From Bacteroidota bacterium (GTDB lineage: Bacteria > Bacteroidota > Ignavibacteria > UBA10030 > SZUA-254), in contig JBIOHP010000005.1 of the NCBI GenBank assembly GCA_044449065.1, forward strand, positions 107,374-171,373: a DNA stretch of 64,000 nt. The letters are read 5' to 3'. The notes beneath the pieces are model-generated. The model did no database searches, was not told the DNA's origin, and saw nothing but the letters and a program-made list of their open reading frames with translations. A program made the translations under genes and the position numbers. Shown here piece after piece: positions 1-10,320 of this stretch. Positions within the stretch are counted from its first letter, which is position 1, and every line of letters starts with the position of its first letter.

Positions 1-179
1 GTTGTACCAACTACCAGGATATTTACTCCCGTTATCGGCTGTTGGGTTATTTGCATAACGACCTTCCCGGAAATTATCCCTTCGTTCTTCTCATCACCAA
101 ATGCAAACAAATGAATACTGAACCAAAATAACATAACGGCAAGGAGCTCAAATCGTTTCATATTATAGAAGAAAGATTC

Positions 180-1103
180 TTAATGATAGATAGATGAGAG
201 CGCATCCGGCAAGGAAGGATATTTGAAGACAAACCCATTAGCCGATAATTTCGATGGGATTGCTTTTTGTCCCGTCAACAGCATCTCTGCCATTTCGCCA
301 AAGATAATTTTTAATATAAATCCGGGAACGGGAAACAATGAAGGACGGTGCATTGCTTTACCTAACTCGTTTGAAAATTGCTTCATGGTTACCGGGTTGG
401 GCGCCGTCATATTGATCGGACCTGAAACCGTTTTTTGCTCCAATGCGAATATCATGCATCGTACCACATCTTCGATATGAATCCAGGGCATCCATTGCCT
501 GCCATTTCCGATGGGACCCCCTACGAAGAGCTTAAACGGCAGTTCCATTTTTTTTAACGCGCCGCCGTTTTTCCCAAGAACAATTCCCGTCCTTAAAATT
601 ACAAGCCGGACTCCAAAAGACTCGACCCTACGCGCTTCCTGTTCCCAGCGGCGGCATGCACCAGAAAGAAAATCATTCCCCGAAGCCTTCTCCTCAGTCA
701 CATCACCGGATTCAACACTCCCGTAATATCCAACCGCGGAAGAATTAATCAACACTTGAGGTTTCGTCTTTGCTTTGAGGATAGATTCTACGATCGCTTT
801 CGTTGCGTTCACTCTGCTGTTGATTATTTTTGTTTTCTGTTTTGGGCTCCAGCGTTTTCCTGCAATCGATTCTCCGGCGAGATTAATTACGGCATCAGCT
901 CCATCTACGTTTTTCCGCCAACTCCCATTCGTTCCCCCATCCCATAATTCGACCGATAATAATGCATTAGCGGATGATGTTAACTCTGAGGATACATGCA
1001 ATGGATCTCGTGATAGAAGAGTAACGTTATGTTTTCGTTGGAGCAACTCTTTTACCAATGCTGTTCCGAAGAAACCTGTTCCACCCGCGATTATAATTTT
1101 CAT
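180..1103 (-). CDS. TIGR01777/YfcH-like NAD-dependent epimerase/dehydratase family protein (SDR fold with C-terminal DUF1731-like region)
   Basis: N-terminal Rossmann motif MKIIIAGGTGFFGTAL and the overall SDR-epimerase layout. The track ORF starts at a GTG at 1121. The ATG at 1103 (MKIIIAGG) is the more likely start. Confidence 0.75.
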   Translation of the reverse strand: MKIIIAGGTGFFGTALVKELLQRKHNVTLLSRDPLHVSSELTSSANALLSVELWDGGTNGSWRKNVDGADAVINLAGESIAGKRWSPKQKTKIINSRVNATKAIVESILKAKTKPQVLINSSAVGYYGSVESGDVTEEKASGNDFLSGACRRWEQEARRVESFGVRLVILRTGIVLGKNGGALKKMELPFKLFVGGPIGNGRQWMPWIHIEDVVRCMIFALEQKTVSGPINMTAPNPVTMKQFSNELGKAMHRPSLFPVPGFILKIIFGEMAEMLLTGQKAIPSKLSANGFVFKYPSLPDALSSIYH

Positions 1104-1238
1104 TACTGCACCGTTATACACATAATTTCCACATGGATAAAAGATGTTGTAAGATTTAAAATACCGAATCTTTTTATTTAAGTCGGAGGAATTATAATAT
1201 TTTCCGTATTTTATAATCGATTATATAGCAACGATAAG

Positions 1239-2060
1239 ATGCCTCAAAATATCCATAAAATCAAAGATTTAGAAAATAAAGATTTACATCCGTATAAAAC
1301 ACTTCGCCGCCCGCTTGAACATTTAAAGAGCGGGATTTTTGTCGCTGAGGGAGAGAAAGTTGTGAAGAAACTGCTGAGTTCTCAGCTCCAATTGGTTTCG
1401 CTTCTTGTGACTCCGGACTGGTTTTCAAAATTAGAAAGCGATTTATCGTTGCTGAAGGATGAAATTAAGATTTTTATCGCCGATAAAACCCTTTTAGAAA
1501 CAATCGTCGGATGCAATCTTCATCAGGGGATCATGGCGATAGCGCGAGTGCCGGCAAACCGTACGCTCAATGAAATTATTCGTTCGTTAGCAAAACCAGC
1601 CATGTTTGTAGCGCTTGACGGATTGGTGAGCGCGGAGAATGTGGGTGTGATTGTTCGCAACTGTGCAGGTTTCGGAGTTGACGCAATCATCGTTGGCGAA
1701 ACATCAAGCAGCCCATACCTGCGGCGTGCGGTAAGAAATTCGATGGGGACGGTGTTTGATATTCCAATCGTCCATGTCGATAATCTTCAATCGACATTGA
1801 ACGATCTACGAACCATCTATAACTGCAACGTCGCCGCAGCGCATCCGGCAGGCGCGCAATCGATCTATGATGCGGATTTTTCCGGGAATGTCTGCATCGT
1901 TCTCGGGAACGAAGGCGACGGCTTATCGCAAAAGATTCTTGATGCTTGTTCAACTTATGTTTCCATACCAATGAACAACAAAGTCGATTCATTGAATGTC
2001 GGCAGCGCAAGTGCCGTACTCCTCTATGAGTCATCCCGTCAGCGCAAACAATCTCATTGA
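1239..2060 (+). CDS. SpoU/TrmH-family RNA 2'-O-methyltransferase
   Basis: C-terminal SPOUT motifs IVLGNEGDGLS and SIPMNNKVDSLNVGSASAVLLYE. ATG at 1239. Confidence 0.8.
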   Translation: MPQNIHKIKDLENKDLHPYKTLRRPLEHLKSGIFVAEGEKVVKKLLSSQLQLVSLLVTPDWFSKLESDLSLLKDEIKIFIADKTLLETIVGCNLHQGIMAIARVPANRTLNEIIRSLAKPAMFVALDGLVSAENVGVIVRNCAGFGVDAIIVGETSSSPYLRRAVRNSMGTVFDIPIVHVDNLQSTLNDLRTIYNCNVAAAHPAGAQSIYDADFSGNVCIVLGNEGDGLSQKILDACSTYVSIPMNNKVDSLNVGSASAVLLYESSRQRKQSH

Positions 2061-2061
2061 T

Positions 2062-2649
2062 ATGATTACGAAAGAAATCATTACCGCAGCCCTCTCCCGG
2101 CGTCAACGCAAGGTGATATCGTCTGAAGAGTATCCACTCTATAAAAGAGCGGCAGTTCTCATCACGCTCGTCCCTATAGACGATGAATTCAGTATACTGC
2201 TAACCGTCCGAACCGACGAAGTTGAAACGCATAAGGGACAAATATCCTGCCCCGGTGGAATGCGGGATGATGGCGATAACGATTTAACGCAGACAGCGCT
2301 GCGCGAGACAGAGGAAGAATTAGGAATACCACGAACGAGTATTGAAATTCTCGGTGTCAGCGACGATCAGGCAACACCGACAAAATTTATTATCACTCCC
2401 GTGGTAGGTTGTTTGGATGAACTGCCATCTTTAACACTCAATACGAATGAAGTCGCTGAAGTATTTACCGTGCCGCTCTCAGTTTTCATTGAAAAGAAAA
2501 ATGCGCGAAACGAAGAGCGTGAATTCCAAGGGAAAATTCACACGGTTTGGTATTTTCAGTACGGGAAACACATGATCTGGGGTGCGACGGCAATTTTACT
2601 GGTAAATTTTGCCGAGATCATCATGAAAGCTAATACATCGGGGCAATGA
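2062..2649 (+). CDS. Nudix hydrolase (CoA pyrophosphatase-like)
   Basis: Nudix box GGMRDDGDNDLTQTALRETEEELGI. An ATG at 2062 (MITKEI) follows the upstream gene's stop directly. The track ORF from 1996 overlaps the previous gene. Confidence 0.7.
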   Translation: MITKEIITAALSRRQRKVISSEEYPLYKRAAVLITLVPIDDEFSILLTVRTDEVETHKGQISCPGGMRDDGDNDLTQTALRETEEELGIPRTSIEILGVSDDQATPTKFIITPVVGCLDELPSLTLNTNEVAEVFTVPLSVFIEKKNARNEEREFQGKIHTVWYFQYGKHMIWGATAILLVNFAEIIMKANTSGQ

Positions 2650-2675
2650 GCCACACGGCTCCGATACTCCGGGGG

Positions 2676-3098
2676 CTATTCGACTTCTACCAATTCTTTA
2701 TTTGAAAAGAAATAACTAATTTCGATGAGGGCGTTTTCAGGAGAGTCGGATCCGTGAATGATATTTTCACCTTTGTTATCCGCGTATAATTTGCGGATTG
2801 TACCCGCAGCCGCCTCTTTGGGATCTGTGGCGCCGATCAATACCCTGAAATCCGCAACAGCATTTACTTTTTCCAGCACAATGGGAACACAGGCGCCCGA
2901 ACTCATGAATTCCACAAGTGAATCGTAAAATGGTCGCCCGTTATGCACGGCATAGAATCTACCGGCGGATTGTTTGGTCAGGCGCGTTTTCTTCATTGCG
3001 ACTACCTTGAACCCTCCCTTTTGAATATGGGCAATAACCGCGCCGATAAGATTTTTCCGGACACAATCGGGTTTTAAAATTGCTAATGTTCGTTCCAC
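2676..3098 (-). CDS. ndk: nucleoside-diphosphate kinase
   Basis: [11 protein letters not shown]...[12 protein letters not shown], the NDK active-site His region, at the canonical ~140-aa length. Confidence 0.93.
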   Translation of the reverse strand: MERTLAILKPDCVRKNLIGAVIAHIQKGGFKVVAMKKTRLTKQSAGRFYAVHNGRPFYDSLVEFMSSGACVPIVLEKVNAVADFRVLIGATDPKEAAAGTIRKLYADNKGENIIHGSDSPENALIEISYFFSNKELVEVE

Positions 3099-3141
3099 TA
3101 TTTTTTCTTTCTATTGATTAGTTTTATTTATCAGGGAAAAA

Positions 3142-3558
3142 TCAACTCTTCCGCTTTTTAACGGTTGATTCTTTCTTCTTCGCAGCTTTGCCTCCAACTA
3201 TAGGATAACCAAGTTTAATCCATTCCCGCCAACCGCCGTCCATCGATAGGACATTCTTATAACCCATCAAACGGAGATTATCGGCTGCAAGAACCGAACG
3301 AAATCCGCCGCCGCAATACAAAATTATTTCCGATTCCTTATCCGGAACAGAATTTTCAATATCTCTCTCAATAATTCCTTTACCGAGATAAATCGAATTC
3401 GGAAGACGCCCGGCTGCCCATTCACTCTCTTCACGGATATCGACAAGGATAAAATCATCGCCGTTATCCATTCTCCGTTTCACGGTTTTGGGATTTGTTT
3501 CCCGAACTTTCTTTCGGCGCCGGTCAACGAGTTTGAGAAATGCGGGGGAGTGTTTCAT
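3142..3558 (-). CDS. rhodanese-like sulfurtransferase domain protein
   Basis: Single rhodanese domain with the catalytic Cys loop YCGGGFRS. Its start overlaps the sucD stop by 4 nt. Confidence 0.75.
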   Translation of the reverse strand: MKHSPAFLKLVDRRRKKVRETNPKTVKRRMDNGDDFILVDIREESEWAAGRLPNSIYLGKGIIERDIENSVPDKESEIILYCGGGFRSVLAADNLRLMGYKNVLSMDGGWREWIKLGYPIVGGKAAKKKESTVKKRKS

Positions 3559-4526
3559 TTACGGCCCTTTTTCTTTTTCGTTAAAGAAGATTTTTTTGAT
3601 GAAATAATCACCGTTTTTTTCTTCGCATTTTTGGGAAGTACTTTCTGCACCATCGCTCCGATATCCGCCGGGCTATCGACGACATGGATTCCTGCTTTTT
3701 TCATTGCTTTCATTTTCTCCTCGGCAGTGCCTTTACCGCCGGAAATGATGGCTCCGGCGTGTCCCATCCGGCGCCCAGGAGGAGCAGTCCGGCCCGCAAT
3801 GAATCCGATCACCGGTTTGGTGAAATTCTTCCGCACATATTCCGCGGCTTCCTCCTCCGCGGTTCCACCAATTTCTCCGATCATGATGACCGCATCGGTG
3901 CCGTCGTCCTCTTTGAAGAGCTTCAACGCATCGAGAAAGCGTGTTCCGACCACAGGATCGCCCCCGATTCCCATGCAGGTCGATTGTCCCAACCCGCGTT
4001 CCGTCACCTGCCAAACGGCTTCGTAGGTCAGAGTTCCACTACGTGAAATCAATCCAACGGTACCCGGACTGTGAATAAAACCGGGCATGATGCCGATTTT
4101 ACATTGACCCGGGGTGATGATGCCCGGGCAATTCGGACCAATCATGCGCGCGCCGGTGCTTTTTAAATATTCATACACTTTTACCATATCGCGGGCAGGG
4201 ATGCCTTCGGTAATGGCAACGATTAATTTTATACCCGCTTCGGCAGATTCCATAATCGCTTCGGCTGCAAACGACGCAGGCACAAAAATGATCGACACGT
4301 TGGCTCCTTCCTTCTTCACAGCATCGTCAACCGTATTGAACACAGGAACCGATTTTTTAAACGGATATTGCTCATTGCCTTTATAAGACAAACCGCCTTT
4401 GCCGGGAGTAACACCTGCTACAACTTTTGTGCCGTATAGAATCATCTGCTGCGTGTGAAACGTGCCCTCGCCGCCGGTAATTCCTTGGACTACTAACCGC
4501 GTATTTTTATCGACTAAGATGCTCAT
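3555..4526 (-). CDS. sucD: succinyl-CoA synthetase alpha subunit with an unusual Lys-rich C-terminal tail
   Basis: [25 protein letters not shown], the CoA-binding motif, and the phosphohistidine region MGHAGAI. The protein ends with about 26 extra residues, [25 protein letters not shown]. Confidence 0.9.
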   Translation of the reverse strand: MSILVDKNTRLVVQGITGGEGTFHTQQMILYGTKVVAGVTPGKGGLSYKGNEQYPFKKSVPVFNTVDDAVKKEGANVSIIFVPASFAAEAIMESAEAGIKLIVAITEGIPARDMVKVYEYLKSTGARMIGPNCPGIITPGQCKIGIMPGFIHSPGTVGLISRSGTLTYEAVWQVTERGLGQSTCMGIGGDPVVGTRFLDALKLFKEDDGTDAVIMIGEIGGTAEEEAAEYVRKNFTKPVIGFIAGRTAPPGRRMGHAGAIISGGKGTAEEKMKAMKKAGIHVVDSPADIGAMVQKVLPKNAKKKTVIISSKKSSLTKKKKGRK

Positions 4527-4783
4527 AATGTTTTATTAATGTGGGTTCTAATTTGATATTAATTTTAACGATAGCAATTTTAAAACTCCCGATCCCCGGT
4601 GGTTTTCAATCAGAAGAAATTACTCTCTTCATTGAAACCGTTCACTTACCGCCGCAGCTTAAAAGTTTACCAGAGAGCTCCGCACCGCGATTGAAAAATA
4701 ATGATTGAACTAATTGTGAAGTAAGAACGGGAGAATATATTCAATACGCCGAGGTTGGAATACCACCCCGGTGTTTGTAAATC

Positions 4784-4972
4784 TTACTTTAATCGCGCTA
4801 ACGGTTTTTGCGAATTTTCTTCCGGCACATCCGGATTTTCCCGGGACGCCTTCCGGAATTCGCGCCATCCCTTTCCTAAACCCGCCGCAAACTCGGGTAT
4901 TTTCTTTCCGCCGAAAAAAATGAGTATCACGAACAATAACAATAATATTTCAGGGGTCCCTAAATTTCCCAT
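4784..4972 (-). CDS. tatA: twin-arginine translocase TatA/E family protein
   Basis: MGNLGTPEILLLLFVILIFFGGKKIPEFAAGLGKGWREFRK, the typical TatA TM-hinge-amphipathic helix pattern, 62 aa. Confidence 0.8.
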   Translation of the reverse strand: MGNLGTPEILLLLFVILIFFGGKKIPEFAAGLGKGWREFRKASRENPDVPEENSQKPLARLK

Positions 4973-4975
4973 CTC

Positions 4976-5716
4976 TTATTTCCTATCAACCAACAGATTC
5001 TCCGGAATCATTTCCAGAGGAATAAAACTTTTAATGAGCGATGTGAATATCTTCTGACCATCGGTGTGACGCAAAACCGCATCGGAGGCGCGTTCGGGAT
5101 GCGGCATCATTCCCATTACATTGCCGGCGATATTCATAATGCCGGCGATGTTGCGTGATGAACCGTTTGGATTTGCGGCATCAGTCAGTGTTCCGTCCAA
5201 TTCGCAATATCTGAACAATACCTGCCCGTTTTCTTCGAGCATATCGAGCGTCTTGTCATCCGCATAATAGTTGCCTTCGCCATGCGCAATGGGTAACTGG
5301 AGGATATCTCCTTGCCGGCATACCGATGTAAATCTTGAATGAATATTCTCAACTCTCAGATTAACGAACTTGCAGGCGAATGATAAATTTGCATTCCGCA
5401 ACAATGCTCCCGGCAAGAGCCCTGCTTCACAGAGCGTTTGGAAGCCGTTGCAAATTCCGATAACGACGCCCCCGGAATTGGCAAACCGGATAACTTCTTT
5501 CATGATCGGCGAAAAACGGGCAATAGCGCCGCAGCGAAGATAATCCCCGTAAGAGAATCCCCCCGGCAAAATGACGATATCGGAATTCTCCAGAGAAGAA
5601 TTCTTATGCCAGAGAAAGGCGACGTCTTGATGGAAAATATCCTTGAAAACATAATATGCGTCATGATCGCAATTAGAACCGGGAAAAACAACTAAGCCGA
5701 CCTTGAGCCGATCCAT
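4976..5716 (-). CDS. purQ: phosphoribosylformylglycinamidine synthase subunit PurQ (glutaminase)
   Basis: N-terminus KVGLVVFPGSNCDHD and a class I glutamine amidotransferase Cys/His layout. It lies adjacent to purS. Confidence 0.9.
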   Translation of the reverse strand: MDRLKVGLVVFPGSNCDHDAYYVFKDIFHQDVAFLWHKNSSLENSDIVILPGGFSYGDYLRCGAIARFSPIMKEVIRFANSGGVVIGICNGFQTLCEAGLLPGALLRNANLSFACKFVNLRVENIHSRFTSVCRQGDILQLPIAHGEGNYYADDKTLDMLEENGQVLFRYCELDGTLTDAANPNGSSRNIAGIMNIAGNVMGMMPHPERASDAVLRHTDGQKIFTSLIKSFIPLEMIPENLLVDRK

Positions 5717-5717
5717 C

Positions 5718-5966
5718 TTACATCGATTCCAAAGTATAGGTATAATCTTCCATCACCGGATTAGCGAGAAGTTTTTTGCACGCCTCCTCGGTCACCCGCC
5801 GCGCTTCTTCCTTCGTTCCTCCGCTCACTTTCATCTCGATATATTTACCCATTCTCACCTCAGTTGTACTTGCCATACCGAGATTTTGAAGGGCATGATG
5901 GACTGCTTTCCCCTGGGGATCAAGAATGGATGATCGCAGGGTGATAATAATTTTCGCTAAATACAC
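5718..5966 (-). CDS. purS: phosphoribosylformylglycinamidine synthase subunit PurS
   Basis: 82-aa protein with IITLRSSILDPQGKAV...MGKYIEMKV, PurS-like, immediately upstream of purQ. Confidence 0.85.
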   Translation of the reverse strand: MYLAKIIITLRSSILDPQGKAVHHALQNLGMASTTEVRMGKYIEMKVSGGTKEEARRVTEEACKKLLANPVMEDYTYTLESM

Positions 5967-5980
5967 GCGGTCGCTTCCTA

Positions 5981-6745
5981 TTACACATCAACGCTGGTTA
6001 ATTCAGAATCTTCTTCCCTGTTTTTGGAGAAGGGGCGGAGTACCCGCTTAATGGTTTCAACGATCAGCCGTAAGGGACCCGTTGCAACATAAAATACAAA
6101 AAATGGAAATAACGCGCTCCCCTGCGTGAGGATGATCGCCGTGACTCCAACCACCATTACCGTAAATCGCAGCGGATGTTGAAGAAGCCCGCGCTTAGAC
6201 AATTTTGGCAGGGCGTCATACTTAATATTGCTGACCATGAGCAGGGAGAGAATCACAACCATCGGGGCTAAAAGCCAGACCACATCGCTGTTGATCCCGA
6301 TTTCCGGCGTGTAATATCTGAGAACAAACGCGCAAATCATCATTGCAGTAGCCGGAATGGGAAGTCCTTTGAAATATTCTTTATCATAACTAACCAACTG
6401 AGAATTAAACCGCGCCAGTCGCATTGCCCCGAACGCCATCGGCATGGCGCTGATCAGCGTGCCCGTGCCGTTCATTGTATGGAGAAAAATAGTGTAGACT
6501 AAAAACGAGGGAGCAACGCCGAAGGATACGACATCGCAGAGAGAATCGAGTTCAACGCCAAAATCGCTGAAAGATTTCGTTATGCGCGCCATCATTCCAT
6601 CCAGGACGTCGAATATCCCGGCGGAGACGATAAGCCAAGCAGCCATATCGTACTCGCCGCGCGCCGTGCTCAACAACGAGAGAAAACCGCAAAAAATATT
6701 CAGGATCGTAAACAAGCTTGGTACAACAGCCCGTGTAATTTTCAT
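5981..6745 (-). CDS. pssA: CDP-diacylglycerol--serine O-phosphatidyltransferase (CDP-alcohol phosphatidyltransferase family)
   Basis: CDP-OH phosphotransferase motif DVLDGMMARITKSFSDFGVELDSLCD. It is a multi-TM protein and sits next to psd. Confidence 0.85.
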   Translation of the reverse strand: MKITRAVVPSLFTILNIFCGFLSLLSTARGEYDMAAWLIVSAGIFDVLDGMMARITKSFSDFGVELDSLCDVVSFGVAPSFLVYTIFLHTMNGTGTLISAMPMAFGAMRLARFNSQLVSYDKEYFKGLPIPATAMMICAFVLRYYTPEIGINSDVVWLLAPMVVILSLLMVSNIKYDALPKLSKRGLLQHPLRFTVMVVGVTAIILTQGSALFPFFVFYVATGPLRLIVETIKRVLRPFSKNREEDSELTSVDV

Positions 6746-6783
6746 TTTATGAGTTTCCTTAGTTAGACATCAGTTAATTAAGG

Positions 6784-7452
6784 TTATGCTTTGGGATATT
6801 TGGCTAAAATTGTCTCGCCCGCTTTTACCCGTTCATTTAAATGCACCATAATGATGGAAGTTTTGGGCATCATGACATCCACTCTTGAGCCAAATTTTAT
6901 CATTCCAAACCGTTCGCCCATTTTCACCTGTTGACCGGGTTGCACTTCCGCAACTATTCGTCGGGCAACCGCACCGGCAACCTGCTTAAACATAACTCTT
7001 GTATCTCCATCCGCAAGACCAATATGCGTGCGTTCATTGCGTTCCGACGATTTATCCTCAAACGCCGCCAGATACTCTCCTTTAACATAACTATAATATT
7101 GAACGATCCCGCTGATCGGGAATCGGTTTACATGGACATCCAGGGGAGACATGAAGATACTCACCTGGAGTGCCGTTTCTTTCAAATATTCCGGTTCAAA
7201 AATTTCTTTAATGACGATCACCTTGCCATCTGCCGGAGAGAGAATTATCCGGTTCTCAACCGGCGGACGCCGCTCAGGATCCCTGAAAAAATTCAACACC
7301 AAAATGGTGACCATGGCCAGCAATACTAATATACTATATTTTATGGGATCGTTATTAATAAAGATCACCGTAAGCGACCCAATTATCAATAATCCTATAA
7401 AATATTTCCAAAGAACATCATAGCCGTATCGTGTAAGCATTATCCTGCACAA
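6784..7452 (-). CDS. psd: phosphatidylserine decarboxylase proenzyme
   Basis: C-terminal GERFGMIKFGSRVDV, which contains the self-cleavage GS site. Membrane anchor at the N-terminus. Confidence 0.85.
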   Translation of the reverse strand: MCRIMLTRYGYDVLWKYFIGLLIIGSLTVIFINNDPIKYSILVLLAMVTILVLNFFRDPERRPPVENRIILSPADGKVIVIKEIFEPEYLKETALQVSIFMSPLDVHVNRFPISGIVQYYSYVKGEYLAAFEDKSSERNERTHIGLADGDTRVMFKQVAGAVARRIVAEVQPGQQVKMGERFGMIKFGSRVDVMMPKTSIIMVHLNERVKAGETILAKYPKA

Positions 7453-7811
7453 TTTGTTCTAACAATTTGAAAGGTTTTGGTTGGATAATGAATTGCGATG
7501 GCTACCGATCACAAGGGTAAAACCCATATAATCGAATTGCAGGTGTAACGAGGTAAAAAAGAACGATAAAATTGGCTTTATTTGAATATTTTCGTCTTTC
7601 ACGTGATAATATGATAGCAAAAAACGTGTTTAAAGTCAAAAATTCGTCATTTCCATCGGATTGATTAAATTTGGCGAGCATGGGACTTAAACGATTTTCT
7701 TCCTTTCCCCAGGGAATCCCTGGATTTCATTCCGGGACAAACTCAGCAGTTGAATTGTTGATAAAAAATCATCATTTTACGAATTAAAATTATCAATACA
7801 GCCATTTATTG

Positions 7812-9893
7812 ATGCCGGCACAGACAACTATAAAATCTTCGAAATCGAGATATAGCGATTCGAAGCTTATCCTGCGATCCACTATAGCTCTTTTTGCGAT
7901 TGTATGTATCGTCACTACAATTAACGTTAACGACAGCACTCTACTAAAACCGGTCGCTTTTACTCTGGGAACCTGGGCTCTCGCCGTATTCGTATTGTAT
8001 CTGATCTTCAGTGGAAGGAAGAGCGCATTTTCGTTTTCGATAGTTCATTTTTTCATCCTCGCCTATCTGGGGGCGGGTCTTCTATCCATTGTTCGCGCGA
8101 TTAATACCCACCAGAGTTTCGAAGCTATGGCGCAGCAAGTTTGCTGCGCCATCATATTCTTCATCGTTTTTGAAACCCTAACGGAGAAAGATTCGCTTGA
8201 TGAAATAACAAAGCTGACTCTCCTTGTTACAGGGCTTGTCTGCGCAATCGGAATCCTCGAGGTTATATCTCCATCATTTTTTTCCCTCGTGGCAATTTCC
8301 AATCAACAGGAATATTTTTCGACGTTTGGGAATTCAACGTATTTCGCCGGTTACCTGGTGATGATTCTTCCGGTAGCGATAGCAACGTTGATAAATATTT
8401 CCGGGTGGAACAGAACAAAATTCGCCCTCATGATTCTTGTGATCAGTATTCTTTATTTGTTGGTGATGACAGAATCGCGCAGCGCCTGGATCGGCGCGCT
8501 TGTCTCTATGGGTTTGTTCTTCCTGATCAATTATTCGAAAAGCAGCATACGATGGATGTTCCTTGGCGGGTTATGCGCTGCCGCAATTGCAACCTATTTT
8601 CTTTTCCCTGAACTGATTCAACGGCGGCTTTCAACAATATCACTCAATAATCCTGAATCCTCCCTTGCCCGAAGATTATTTTTCTATGAAGGAGCGATTC
8701 GGGCATTTTTAGCGTCGCCGGTCATCGGTAATGGTGTGGGAAATTTCTCTATCGTTCTCCCAAAATTCCGATCGACAAATTATTGGATGTTCAAATCCGA
8801 AGATATCGTACCGCACGCCCACAATGAATATTTAGAAATCTTATCGGAAACGGGTATTATCGGGTTCACAGTTTTTATCATTATCCTTGTTCTTACGTTT
8901 AAATCCATTGGACGCTTCGTCAAGAATCAATCCGGTGAAAGAAGGACATTGCTCATTGGTTATCTTGGTTCTCTCATAGGTGTATTAATAGATAACATGG
9001 GCAGCTTGAATTTACGGACGATTCCGGTCATAATGGGTTTTTGGATGTTCCTTGCCCTTGCATTACGCACATCGGAGATCAAAATAATTACAGTTCCATT
9101 TCGTTTATCCAGGGGGCTTTGGAAATTACGCTACTCACCTTTTATTGGTTATGGAGTTTATTTGCTGTGGGCGATTCCAGGAATCATTGATCGCTATATC
9201 ACCGATAAAAGTTTCTTTGAGGGCTTGCAATCCGATTATCAAGGGACAATGGAAATTGCGAATGAGAAATTTAGCGACGCTGTAAAACGCAGCCCCGATA
9301 ACGCTCCGGCAAGATTTTATTATTCATCAACCCTCATGTTAACAAGTCATTTTCAGGAAGCAGTTGAAAACTGCACAGTTCTGCTGAAAACATATCCCTA
9401 TTACCCAAAAGCAAAACTTATCCGCGCTGTTTCGGCATTCAGTCTCAATGATACAACTATGGCTTTGAAAGATATAGCAGACGAGATGAAGCTGGAGACA
9501 GAACCCCTCACGTTATATTACGCATCATTTTTTGCTTACAGGATGGATAAGCCCGCTGTTGAGTACCGGTACGTTTCGGAATTGATCCGGAACAGTCTGT
9601 TGAGCAAGAATCCTGATTACGTAAGCCAGGCAATCGAACGGTATTCTATCCTTAATGTCGGAATGCAGGATACCCTCGCCTGCGATAGTATGTTCACGCA
9701 ACTCTGCGCAAAGTTTCCGAAGAATGGAGATATACTCTCATCGATAGCGGAAGGGTATGCAGAGATGGGAAAATTTAATAAAGCTATGGAAATACTCAAC
9801 CGCGCGTTAGCTATTGACGGGTTAGAAGATAAAATAAAAGATCGTCTCAGCGCTTTATCGGCTAAATTGAAAGCCGTTGAAGCACCCCGATGA
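7812..9893 (+). CDS. O-antigen ligase (Wzy_C) family membrane protein with C-terminal TPR repeats
   Basis: About 12 TM segments, the O-antigen ligase motif HAHNEYLEILSETGIIGF, and a C-terminal soluble TPR-like region. The track ORF starts at a TTG at 7809; the adjacent ATG is at 7812. Confidence 0.75.
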   Translation: MPAQTTIKSSKSRYSDSKLILRSTIALFAIVCIVTTINVNDSTLLKPVAFTLGTWALAVFVLYLIFSGRKSAFSFSIVHFFILAYLGAGLLSIVRAINTHQSFEAMAQQVCCAIIFFIVFETLTEKDSLDEITKLTLLVTGLVCAIGILEVISPSFFSLVAISNQQEYFSTFGNSTYFAGYLVMILPVAIATLINISGWNRTKFALMILVISILYLLVMTESRSAWIGALVSMGLFFLINYSKSSIRWMFLGGLCAAAIATYFLFPELIQRRLSTISLNNPESSLARRLFFYEGAIRAFLASPVIGNGVGNFSIVLPKFRSTNYWMFKSEDIVPHAHNEYLEILSETGIIGFTVFIIILVLTFKSIGRFVKNQSGERRTLLIGYLGSLIGVLIDNMGSLNLRTIPVIMGFWMFLALALRTSEIKIITVPFRLSRGLWKLRYSPFIGYGVYLLWAIPGIIDRYITDKSFFEGLQSDYQGTMEIANEKFSDAVKRSPDNAPARFYYSSTLMLTSHFQEAVENCTVLLKTYPYYPKAKLIRAVSAFSLNDTTMALKDIADEMKLETEPLTLYYASFFAYRMDKPAVEYRYVSELIRNSLLSKNPDYVSQAIERYSILNVGMQDTLACDSMFTQLCAKFPKNGDILSSIAEGYAEMGKFNKAMEILNRALAIDGLEDKIKDRLSALSAKLKAVEAPR

Positions 9894-10057
9894 CTCGATT
9901 AAGAGGTGCCAACGACCAAAATTCATCGAATTTCGTTTGCAAGAGAACAAAATTTTTAATACCTTTATATGCATCGGATGCGAAATGGTACCATGCCATT
10001 GAAATTTATCCTCCAGAATAATACACCGGTGTACGTCGATATCAATGAATTTTTAAT

Positions 10058-10130
10058 TGCCCGGTGGTGTAATTGGCAACACACTTGACTCTGGATCAAG
10101 GAAGTCTAGGTTCGAGTCCTAGCCGGGCAG
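10058..10130 (+). tRNA. tRNA-Gln (anticodon CUG)
   Basis: Hand-folded cloverleaf. 7-bp acceptor stem TGCCCGG/CCGGGCA, D-arm GTGT..ACAC, anticodon stem CTTGA/TCAAG with loop CTCTGGA (anticodon CTG), T-arm CTAGG-TTCGAGT-CCTAG, discriminator G. CCA is not encoded. Confidence 0.8.
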
Positions 10131-10134
10131 CAAT

Positions 10135-10163
10135 AAAGGGCGCTTTTTGAGCGTCCTTTGTCT
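10135..10163 (+). terminator. rho-independent terminator after tRNA-Gln
   Basis: AAAGGGCGC-TTTTTGA-GCGTCCTTTG hairpin with one G-U wobble, followed by a T-rich run. Confidence 0.6.
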
Positions 10164-10320
10164 TTAGATGTAAAAAATCTTACCGGTATCGTTCAATCCG
10201 CCCCCGACCTTCTCAGAATATTTGAATTTTCCTTAAATCTTTCCTACATTTTTCAGTAACAGAAGATTGTAAAAACCTTTATTCCAATGAATTCCACAAG
10301 CGATTATAAAGGGCACACCA

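Noticed and set aside
1687-2106. A 139-aa minus-strand ORF overlapping the SpoU methyltransferase and Nudix genes
   Set aside because: It lies entirely within two well-supported plus-strand genes, and its Arg/Cys/His-rich composition is typical of an antisense frame in GC-richer coding DNA.
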